Assembly: GCF_037042905.1 (NCBI RefSeq)
Contig: NC_087262.1
Coordinates: 5,332,001 to 5,396,000, forward strand
Reading direction: 5' to 3'
Length of the DNA: 64,000 nucleotides
Source of the DNA: Lytechinus pictus
Lineage: Eukaryota
Below are positions 54,068-63,366 of the stretch, piece by piece. The position numbers were made by a program, and so were the translations under genes. Position 1 is the stretch's first letter. The number at the start of each line of letters is the position of its first letter. Under the pieces are notes generated by a model that saw only the letters and a program-made list of their open reading frames with translations, did no database searches and was not told the DNA's origin.

Positions 54068-55682
54068 TGTGACTGCCTTCGTAAAACTTTCTACGAAGGA
54101 GTTTCGTCTACTTATGTCCAACTATTGTTATTCACAAGGCACAAGGAATCAATCAATGCTGGACTCGACTTGTTGAAATAAAACAAACTTTCGCTTTATT
54201 CAGTTAATCTCCAACACTGGTGACAAACTTCAGTCGTACTTTCAGTTATACTTATATGCACCTTCAGATAACAATCTGTAATGATAATGAATAAACAAAC
54301 AATAATAAACAAATGTTTCATCTTGAAATCATGTCAATTACTAAATCTAAGTTAGTACAACAATTACGATTACATATGATTAAATGAGAATTAATCTGAC
54401 ACTAATATAAGTGATCATCATACACTTGTACTATTATACCTTATAACATTAACCTAATTTAATAGAGTATAAAATATACAAGGAATAAAGTTAATCTATT
54501 GATTAAATCCTCGTATGAACACATCTACACTCACTTTGTGCTGTGCACTACTAAGTATTCTACCCAATAGATATTGGCCGGGTGAACATAACTACATGCC
54601 AACACAGTCATTCATTCAAGGTTTCTCCCTAAATCACTCCCAGAGGAAAGGTCTTTCTCTCCACGAAAGTTATGGTTTTGTTCTTAATAACAAATTGGCC
54701 ATGTACGAACAGTAATCTACATTATCACAAGTTAAACATGAAACTAAAGAAGTAACTCTTTAGAGATGATTAGAGTATAATAAGAAAACAAACTAGTAAT
54801 AGTTCCTACTATTACACTAACTCAGCTTATAACGAAACAGCATAACATTATTCTATCTTAAGATTAAAGTTAAACCAGATTAAAATACAAATGTGAACAA
54901 GCCCTGCATTTACAACGTGCAGTAACTTATCTACTCAAAAGAGAAAGTAAAAAGGGATGAATGTGAAAGGGGCCACATTCCAAAGTAGTCATTCATAGAC
55001 CCTGCTTCTACTGGATTAGCAAAAACAGACTCTCTTTGTTTCCCAATGAAACTAGACTTCTTGCTTTATGTATAATTACACCCAACTAATTCATTGTATT
55101 TAAAAGCCTTTTACATCTTAGCACTTCTAGATGGAAATGTATTATACAAGAACAATATTATGAGATCTATCAACATCAGTATATTCACCTATTCCTCAAA
55201 TATACTAAACTGTACAACAAAGAAATCAACTTTCCTACACTATGCAATATACGTATTACACTCTGTTAACACAAACACATAATCTTCTCTAACTAAAAAC
55301 ATTCAAAACTATCTTAAATAGTAATATGAATTCTACAATATATTTACCATGTTAAATATCAAAACAATATTATATGAAATATGTTCTTACCGAATTGGGC
55401 CTTTGTAGTTGTCCACAAATAACAATTTACTTGAACTTTCTGCAACTGATTGTGAGTAGTACTTTACTCCATCACTCTGACTATGAGAATGAAAGTTATC
55501 TTTACTTCCAAGAAGATATTCTTGGAGAGAAGTTGGAGAACAATGAAATTACTCTACTATTAGCGGTGAGTCACACCTTCTGGGGAAACATATACCTCTT
55601 TGGTGGTATAGTCTTGATAATCAGACTCTTGATGAAGATTGGATGAGAGAATATAACATCACTACACACTGCTGTAGTGACA
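54068..55682 (-). repeat. 3' LTR (relative to the ORF)
   Basis: Same sequence as 61752-63366 at offset 7684 wherever checked; AATAAA on the minus strand at 54195-54200. Confidence 0.97.
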
Positions 55683-55945
55683 TGGCTCCTTTAAATGTAC
55701 CTACATTTACTAAATTAGCTTCAATTATTACGAATATAAAGTACAACAAATTATACCACATCATAATACAAATTAATCTTAAACAATACTTTGACCAATA
55801 ATATACCCAATGGATACATACACACAATGCAACCTTTAAAACAGCATTCTAGCCTTTAGAATTATCACTGAACCATACATGAAAAGAAAAACAACAATTT
55901 AAACGCATCATTTATATCATCGTTAAATGAAAATGTAAAAGATAA

Positions 55946-56016
55946 TGGCTCTTTGAGGGGGAAAGCTCCGAGTCTTTCGCGAGACAAATGGGATACTTCC
56001 ACTTTACTACTGTGGA
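55946..56016 (-). pseudogene. Degenerate full-length tRNA-Asp(GTC)-derived sequence with encoded CCA in the element 3' UTR
   Basis: TCCACAGTAGTAAAGTGGAAGTATCCCATTTGTCTCGCGAAAGACTCGGAGCTTTCCCCCTCAAAGAGCCA aligns end to end (about 52 of 76 columns by hand) with canonical animal tRNA-Asp recalled from memory. The acceptor stem and B box are broken. Confidence 0.75.
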
Positions 56017-56032
56017 TTTTGAGTGGGAATAA

Positions 56033-59000
56033 TTACTGTTGATTGGGTAACAGAAGAACTAACTTGTTTACTGGTCTGTCGAATTTAGTTGGTGGGCTCT
56101 GGCGTTTGCCATTATTATCTAACTGTCCATCAGCCATTAGAAGTTTTACCTTCCTAATTCTACCATCGGCACTAGGATAGACATCTATCACCCTAGCTAA
56201 GGGCCACTTGTATCGTCCTCCCTCCTCTTCTTTGGAGATTACAATATCACCTATCGTTAAGTCTTTTTCTGTACTTGTCCATTTTCTACGCTCTTGCAGT
56301 CCCTGCAAATATTCTTTCCTCCATCGTAGCCAGAACTCATTGGCGAGGTGTTGGACGCGTCTCCACCACTTCCTAGAGTACACATCTTCGCGCTGGAAGA
56401 CTCCTGGTGGGGGTAATATGACTTTGGGCTTGGCAGTCAAGATATGATGAGGGGTCAGTGGTTCTGGTGCTTCACTGTCACTTAGATTGGTTGTCGTCAA
56501 TGGCCTGGAGTTGATTATGGCTTCTGCTTCGGTCATGAAGGTTCTGAAGGCCTCATCATCAAGTTGACTCCCAGATGATTTCAGCAATGGCTCTAGTGCA
56601 CGTCGCACTGACTGAATCTGCCTCTCCCAAACTCCACCCATATGAGAGGCATGGGGCACATTCATCTTGAATGGTATCCAGTCACATCCATTCTCAAGCA
56701 GGTACTCTTGTACCTTTCCCTGGTCCATTTCAGACAGCGCTTCCTTCAACTCGTTTCTGGCTCCAATGAATGCTGTACCCTGGTCAGAGCGTAGATGCCT
56801 TACAGCACCCCGTCGATTCATGAAACGCCGCAACGCGTTGATGAAGGCACTGCTACTAAGACTGTTAGCAGTTTCCAGGTGTACACTTCTTGAAGACAGA
56901 CATGTGAAGAGCGCACCATATCTCTTGACTTCACTCCGTCTTTCCTTGATAAGAAAGGGTCCAAAATAGTCCACTGCACAATACGAGAATGGTGGAGAAG
57001 GCTCAACTCTTTCTTCTGGAAGATCTGCCATCTTTTGTTGGAGGGGCTGTCCTCGCAATCGTCGACATGTCACACAGGACGAGATGCATTGTGAAACTGC
57101 AGACACTCCTCCTATCACCCAGTATCCTCTCTGACGTAGCTCATTATGAGTAATGCCTCTACCACTATGTTGGGTCCTGTGATGAGCATCTCGGATCAGC
57201 AGTGTTGTGACATGACTCTTACGAGGAATAATCACTGGATGTCTAATGTTACTGGACAAATTGGCGCGATGTATCCGGCCGCCGACTCGAATCACCCCGT
57301 CATCATCTAGAAACGGGTCCAATCTGAAGAGGGCACTGGTTTTCTTCAGTGCCGCATTTCGAGTAGGTACTTCATGTCTACTCATTTCTCCTGTCTTATC
57401 TAGTTCTTTAAGAATCTGCAGCTCCTGCGGGAAGTTTTCTTGTTGTAAACCTCTAATGATGACCTTCTCAGCTTCCTGCAGCTCACTCACTGTCACAACC
57501 TTAGGGATCGTTGCTTCCACTGATCTAGAACTCGTTCTGGTATGCTGGTTAGCCCTTTTCTTCAGACTCGTCTTCAGCTGTATACATCTGGCTACTGCCT
57601 TCTTGGCAGAGTGCCAACTGGAGAAGCAATTCAAACGGTTGGATTCAAATTGCCCTGTACTGACCTTGGTAGTTGCTTCTGTTCTCAGGACTGAGGCATG
57701 CTTCACCTCTGGGTCGTGGTCATCTACCGTACATGGATCATCTCCTGGGGGTGCAAACAAACCATCATTCCACAGGAAATCTGGGCCTCGAAACCAGCAG
57801 TGGCTAGAAGTGAGCTCCTTTGATGAGATTCCTCGAGAAGCTCCATCAGCAGGATTCTCCTTGGTATCAACATAGTACCATGCATCAGGGTCAGTCTGCT
57901 CTCGGATTGTCTGAACTCTGTTGGCAACGAAGATATGAAACCGCCTGGCTTCATTTTTTATGTATCCAAGAACAACCTTACTGTCTGTCCAGAAGAACTC
58001 CTTCACAGAATCGTATTCCAGTTCCGACTTCAGGAATGTGCTGCTCTTGGCTGACAATGTTGCTGCTGTTAGCTCCAGTCTTGGAATGGTAATTGGTCTC
58101 AATGGAGTAACTCGGGCCTTTCCGATTACGAATGAACAATGCACTTTGTCATCCTCATTGATGAGACGGAGATATGAACATTGCCCATACCCATCCTGAC
58201 TGGCATCAGAGAAATGGTGGACTTCTACCTGCTTGACCTTGCCGAACCTACTTGGTTTGTAGCATCTCTTGAGTTGGAGGTCACCTAGATGCTGGAGATC
58301 AAGCAGCCATTTCTCCCATTCTGAACGCTGTTCATCGGTCATAGATTCGTCCCAGTCCATGTTCTGCTTGCACATAGCTTGGAGAATCCTCTTGCCTTTA
58401 AGAACTACTGGACCAAGAAAGCCGCTTGGATCATAGATTGAACTGATCGTTGAGAGAACACCTCGTCTGGAGAATGAGTTTGCCTTCACCTGCCCTCTGA
58501 AGTTGAAGGTGTCATTCTCAATGTTCCAGGACACTCCTAGAACTCTTTCCAGCACAAGCTTGTCGACATCTAAATCCAGGTCTTGCAGGCTTTTTGCTCG
58601 TTCATCTGCTGGAAAGCTTTTCAGAACTTCTCTGCTGTTAGACACAATCTTGTGCAATTTCAGTCCTGATTTTGCACAGATTGCTTGACTGTTTTTCAGC
58701 AGCTGCACAGCCTCTTCCGCAGTAGGTCGTGAACTAAGACCGTCATCTACGTAGAAGTCTCTACGAATGAACTCTGCTGCACTTGAACCGAACTCTTCTT
58801 CACCATCTGTTGCAGCCCTTCTCAGTCCAAAGTTACTGCATCCTGGAGAACTAGCTGCTCCGAAGAGATGAACCTTCATCCGGTATTCAACAGCTTCCTT
58901 TGTTTCGTCACCGCCTTCATACCACAGGAACCGCAGCAAGTTCCGGTCTTCTTCATTTACGTAGAACTGAAGGAACATTCCTTTCACATCAGCCATGAAG

Positions 59001-61642
59001 GCAACTTCTTCCTTTCGGAATCGGCACAGAACACCAAGTAGTCCATTCATCAGGTCAGGACCTTGCAGAAGATGATCATTCAAGGATACACCTTCAAATT
59101 TTGCTGAACAGTCGAATACAACACGAATCTTGTCAGGCTTGTGTGGATGGTACACCCCTGTGTGCGGAATATAGTTTACTCTGCCATCTCGAACCTTCAA
59201 GCAGTCATCTGGTACTCGTTCTGCGTAGTTGGTGATTACATCATCCATGAAGGCCTTGTAGTCCTCCAGAAACTTCTGGTTCTTCCTAAATCTTGCAGAT
59301 AGCTGTCTCCATCTTTTAACAGCAAGAATCTTGTTGTCAGGAAAGGTCACATGATCAGACTTCAAAGGCAAGGGCATTTGGTAGTGTCCATCACTTCTCT
59401 TGCGGATTCCATTCTCAAAGATTGCCATGAATCTTGCTTCTTTCACTGAAAGTGGCGCTCCTTTCGGACTTGTCATTTGGAAGTCTTGTTCCAAGATCTT
59501 CAGTACAGACTCTGGTGTAAACACTTCCTTCGCTTGGCTTGAGTGCACCAGGTGGGGATATCCTTCACTTGTCTGAATCCTGTTACAGACGGCATCATCA
59601 CTTTGAGAACTTTGACATACTCTGCCGACGACGCCCCATCCGAGTGAGGTTTTCATCGCATACGGGTCGTCTTCTGCACCAGCGAGTACTTCTCGGGGTC
59701 GAATTGCTCTAGGACAGTTGTTTCCTATGAGCAAGGAAACCTTAATTGACGGGTTGTATGGCATCAACTCATCTGCGATTGGTGCTAGATGCCTCCATTT
59801 CCTCAGAACTTCTGCCTTGGGAATTTGTGACCGCTTGGCCGGAACCTCTTGTCTGGTGTAGCAGGACGGGAGTTGGACAACTGTAGACTTCTGGAAGTCC
59901 AAGACCTCGAGACCACTAATCTTTTGACAGCTAATGCGAGCACTCTCGTGCATTGTTGTCAGCAAAAGATCAGTCTCAGGTCCTTTAACACCCATTCTGT
60001 GGCAAAGACCACTGGAGACAAATCCAACGTTGGACTGGTCGTCGAGGATCGCATATTCCAGGAATTCCCTCGATGGATCATCAGCTTGCCTCACCCAAAC
60101 CGGCACAATCATACAATGGTCCTTTCCATCTTGGTCAGGAAGATCGCAGATGTTGGTACAGTTTGAGCTAGCCGATGATTTTTCTATCTTCTGTCGGTGT
60201 AGGCATGTCAAGTGGTTTCCCTTACACCTTTTACATTCCCGGCGTTGCTTGCAGTCCTTCCCAAGGTGGTTGCTACTTTGGCCACATCCCATACACAGAT
60301 ACTTCTTGAAGAAGAACGTCTTCTTATCCTTGTAGTAGATCTGCTTGAACTCTGGGCAGTCGTCGATGTGATGGTCCTTATCACAGTAAGGACATGATGA
60401 ATACTCCTTTCCATGTGCGGCTGTTGTAGACAGTGACCGACCTTGAAAGGTCTTCCCTTTCGGAGGTGCTGACTTTACTTTCGCCTCGTCTAACCTGGTG
60501 TATTCCAACTCTGGAATATTGGCCACTTCTGCTGCACTGGTGACGAAGTCTACAAATCTGGCAAAGGTAGGGTAACTGCCATATCCACATCGCTGCCACT
60601 TGGTCACCTCGTCTCTCCATTTGCGTTCAAGGTAGAATGGAACCTTCCTCAACAGCTTGACGTTCTCCTGCGGATAATCGAGAATGCCAAGGGAATCAAC
60701 AGTCACCTTGGCAACGCTGACCTGCTGGAGAAAGTCCGCAAATGACCGCAATCCACTTGGATCCCGATCTGAGATTCTCGGCCACGTGTTTAACTTCTTC
60801 ATGAATGCTGATGAAACTACACTGGTGTTGCCATACCTGCTGGCGAGAGACTCCCTTGCTTTCAGGTAAGCTTCATCGGTGCCAAGAAGAAGATAATGCT
60901 CCACGACCTTCTTTGGTTCACCAGTAACATATGTATGCAACATATGAAGCTTGGTTGCGGCATCTAGAGGCTTGGAGTCAACGAAACTTGAAAATGCATT
61001 TCTCCAGAGGGGATATCGTAATGGGTCACCATTAAATACCGGAACATCCACCTTTGGTAACTGACTGGCTGCCAATACTTGTTGACTAGTCGCATTTTGA
61101 TTCAGCATCATGTTGGCTACCTTGGCAAGTGACTCAACCACGTTTTCCATTCCTGGTGAAGCGTTGGTTGGTTCATGCTTCACTTCACTCAGAGTGGCTG
61201 GAACTGGTGGGGCTTGGGTCTGGATCTTGCCCTCATCCGTCGATTGAGATTCAAAGAATCTTTGAACAGACTCCTCCTTCGTCTCCTCTGGCAACTTGAT
61301 ACTGGTGTTTGAGAGCTCATCTTCTGATTCTGCAAGTTCGGCTAATTTCTGCTGATGTTCTTTCTGCAGCTTCAACCGTTTCAGCTCCATCTGGGCTCTC
61401 TCCAGTTGCATTGCATGTTCATGCTCCCTTTGCAGAATCTTTATGTTGTCCTCTTTGTCCATAACATCAAGTTCAGCCTGAAAGGCCTTGATAAGCATCT
61501 CGCTTTTGGCTGATTTTCTGCTTGCTAGACTCCTAGCTGGTTTTGGATACTTATCCATCATTTCTGGCAGCGAAGAGGACGTCCTCTGAAGATCTACACG
61601 TGTAGCCTCGCTGACTAGATTTTTTCCATCTATGTTGGCCAT
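56033..61642 (-). CDS. BEL/Pao Gag-Pol polyprotein (1869 aa from the first ATG; frame open to at least 61729)
   Basis: Gag LPKVDVPVFNGDP; three Zn knuckles (CPYC..H..C, CMGC..H..C, CKRC..H..H); protease ILDDQS; RT FYVDDG; RNase H HFSDAS / LELTAA / WTDS; integrase HHCC plus VDYFGPF / SDQG / WERQI; C-terminal FWLRWRKEYL; no env. Confidence 0.97.
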   Translation of the reverse strand: MANIDGKNLVSEATRVDLQRTSSSLPEMMDKYPKPARSLASRKSAKSEMLIKAFQAELDVMDKEDNIKILQREHEHAMQLERAQMELKRLKLQKEHQQKLAELAESEDELSNTSIKLPEETKEESVQRFFESQSTDEGKIQTQAPPVPATLSEVKHEPTNASPGMENVVESLAKVANMMLNQNATSQQVLAASQLPKVDVPVFNGDPLRYPLWRNAFSSFVDSKPLDAATKLHMLHTYVTGEPKKVVEHYLLLGTDEAYLKARESLASRYGNTSVVSSAFMKKLNTWPRISDRDPSGLRSFADFLQQVSVAKVTVDSLGILDYPQENVKLLRKVPFYLERKWRDEVTKWQRCGYGSYPTFARFVDFVTSAAEVANIPELEYTRLDEAKVKSAPPKGKTFQGRSLSTTAAHGKEYSSCPYCDKDHHIDDCPEFKQIYYKDKKTFFFKKYLCMGCGQSSNHLGKDCKQRRECKRCKGNHLTCLHRQKIEKSSASSNCTNICDLPDQDGKDHCMIVPVWVRQADDPSREFLEYAILDDQSNVGFVSSGLCHRMGVKGPETDLLLTTMHESARISCQKISGLEVLDFQKSTVVQLPSCYTRQEVPAKRSQIPKAEVLRKWRHLAPIADELMPYNPSIKVSLLIGNNCPRAIRPREVLAGAEDDPYAMKTSLGWGVVGRVCQSSQSDDAVCNRIQTSEGYPHLVHSSQAKEVFTPESVLKILEQDFQMTSPKGAPLSVKEARFMAIFENGIRKRSDGHYQMPLPLKSDHVTFPDNKILAVKRWRQLSARFRKNQKFLEDYKAFMDDVITNYAERVPDDCLKVRDGRVNYIPHTGVYHPHKPDKIRVVFDCSAKFEGVSLNDHLLQGPDLMNGLLGVLCRFRKEEVAFMADVKGMFLQFYVNEEDRNLLRFLWYEGGDETKEAVEYRMKVHLFGAASSPGCSNFGLRRAATDGEEEFGSSAAEFIRRDFYVDDGLSSRPTAEEAVQLLKNSQAICAKSGLKLHKIVSNSREVLKSFPADERAKSLQDLDLDVDKLVLERVLGVSWNIENDTFNFRGQVKANSFSRRGVLSTISSIYDPSGFLGPVVLKGKRILQAMCKQNMDWDESMTDEQRSEWEKWLLDLQHLGDLQLKRCYKPSRFGKVKQVEVHHFSDASQDGYGQCSYLRLINEDDKVHCSFVIGKARVTPLRPITIPRLELTAATLSAKSSTFLKSELEYDSVKEFFWTDSKVVLGYIKNEARRFHIFVANRVQTIREQTDPDAWYYVDTKENPADGASRGISSKELTSSHCWFRGPDFLWNDGLFAPPGDDPCTVDDHDPEVKHASVLRTEATTKVSTGQFESNRLNCFSSWHSAKKAVARCIQLKTSLKKRANQHTRTSSRSVEATIPKVVTVSELQEAEKVIIRGLQQENFPQELQILKELDKTGEMSRHEVPTRNAALKKTSALFRLDPFLDDDGVIRVGGRIHRANLSSNIRHPVIIPRKSHVTTLLIRDAHHRTQHSGRGITHNELRQRGYWVIGGVSAVSQCISSCVTCRRLRGQPLQQKMADLPEERVEPSPPFSYCAVDYFGPFLIKERRSEVKRYGALFTCLSSRSVHLETANSLSSSAFINALRRFMNRRGAVRHLRSDQGTAFIGARNELKEALSEMDQGKVQEYLLENGCDWIPFKMNVPHASHMGGVWERQIQSVRRALEPLLKSSGSQLDDEAFRTFMTEAEAIINSRPLTTTNLSDSEAPEPLTPHHILTAKPKVILPPPGVFQREDVYSRKWWRRVQHLANEFWLRWRKEYLQGLQERRKWTSTEKDLTIGDIVISKEEEGGRYKWPLARVIDVYPSADGRIRKVKLLMADGQLDNNGKRQSPPTKFDRPVNKLVLLLPNQQ

Positions 61643-61739
61643 GATGAAAAACTTTTGGGCAGTAAAGTTCCAAGTAGTATGTTTGGATGATTCCAGAACT
61701 TTCTGAACGTGATCCTGACTGGACGACACAAGTTGTCCG

Positions 61740-61751
61740 TTCGATTGTTAT
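61740..61751 (-). promoter_or_regulatory. Non-tRNA primer-binding-site position (ATAACAATCGAA)
   Basis: Abuts the 5' LTR, lacks TGG, and is complementary to the predicted LTR splice junction. Confidence 0.55.
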
Positions 61752-63366
61752 TGTGACTGCCTTCGTAAAACTTTCTACGAAGGAGTTTCGTCTACTTATG
61801 TCCAACTATTGTTATTCACAAGGCACAAGGAATCAATCAATGCTGGACTCGACTTGTTGAAATAAAACAAACTTTCGCTTTATTCAGTTAATCTCCAACA
61901 CTGGTGACAAACTTCAGTCGTACTTTCAGTTATACTTATATGCACCTTCAGATAACAATCTGTAATGATAATGAATAAACAAACAATAATAAACAAATGT
62001 TTCATCTTGAAATCATGTCAATTACTAAATCTAAGTTAGTACAACAATTACGATTACATATGATTAAATGAGAATTAATCTGACACTAATATAAGTGATC
62101 ATCATACACTTGTACTATTATACCTTATAACATTAACCTAATTTAATAGAGTATAAAATATACAAGGAATAAAGTTAATCTATTGATTAAATCCTCGTAT
62201 GAACACATCTACACTCACTTTGTGCTGTGCACTACTAAGTATTCTACCCAATAGATATTGGCCGGGTGAACATAACTACATGCCAACACAGTCATTCATT
62301 CAAGGTTTCTCCCTAAATCACTCCCAGAGGAAAGGTCTTTCTCTCCACGAAAGTTATGGTTTTGTTCTTAATAACAAATTGGCCATGTACGAACAGTAAT
62401 CTACATTATCACAAGTTAAACATGAAACTAAAGAAGTAACTCTTTAGAGATGATTAGAGTATAATAAGAAAACAAACTAGTAATAGTTCCTACTATTACA
62501 CTAACTCAGCTTATAACGAAACAGCATAACATTATTCTATCTTAAGATTAAAGTTAAACCAGATTAAAATACAAATGTGAACAAGCCCTGCATTTACAAC
62601 GTGCAGTAACTTATCTACTCAAAAGAGAAAGTAAAAAGGGATGAATGTGAAAGGGGCCACATTCCAAAGTAGTCATTCATAGACCCTGCTTCTACTGGAT
62701 TAGCAAAAACAGACTCTCTTTGTTTCCCAATGAAACTAGACTTCTTGCTTTATGTATAATTACACCCAACTAATTCATTGTATTTAAAAGCCTTTTACAT
62801 CTTAGCACTTCTAGATGGAAATGTATTATACAAGAACAATATTATGAGATCTATCAACATCAGTATATTCACCTATTCCTCAAATATACTAAACTGTACA
62901 ACAAAGAAATCAACTTTCCTACACTATGCAATATACGTATTACACTCTGTTAACACAAACACATAATCTTCTCTAACTAAAAACATTCAAAACTATCTTA
63001 AATAGTAATATGAATTCTACAATATATTTACCATGTTAAATATCAAAACAATATTATATGAAATATGTTCTTACCGAATTGGGCCTTTGTAGTTGTCCAC
63101 AAATAACAATTTACTTGAACTTTCTGCAACTGATTGTGAGTAGTACTTTACTCCATCACTCTGACTATGAGAATGAAAGTTATCTTTACTTCCAAGAAGA
63201 TATTCTTGGAGAGAAGTTGGAGAACAATGAAATTACTCTACTATTAGCGGTGAGTCACACCTTCTGGGGAAACATATACCTCTTTGGTGGTATAGTCTTG
63301 ATAATCAGACTCTTGATGAAGATTGGATGAGAGAATATAACATCACTACACACTGCTGTAGTGACA
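61752..63366 (-). repeat. 5' LTR (relative to the ORF)
   Basis: TGTCACTAC ... GCAGTCACA on the minus strand; 1615 bp. Confidence 0.97.
61960..63074 (-). other. Predicted spliceosomal intron inside the LTR (1115 nt; also 54276-55390)
   Basis: Donor CG|GTAAGA, acceptor TTTGTTTATTCATTATCATTACAG|, U-rich interior; the exonic remainder of the LTR is 500 bp. Confidence 0.6.

Larger units (their letters stand above)
54068..63366 (-). mobile_element. Full-length BEL/Pao LTR retrotransposon (9299 bp)
   Basis: Two 1615-bp direct repeats with TG...CA ends, 5-bp TSD ATCAG (54063-54067 and 63367-63371), single Gag-Pol ORF in PR-RT-RH-IN order. Confidence 0.97.

Noticed and set aside
54515-55646. Short + strand ORFs duplicated at 62199-63330
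   Set aside because: Duplicated only because they lie in the LTRs; no env-like or other recognisable features.
56208-60869. Antisense ORFs over the polyprotein (e.g. 57246-57875, 209 aa)
   Set aside because: Shadow frames of the long coding sequence with no recognisable motif.
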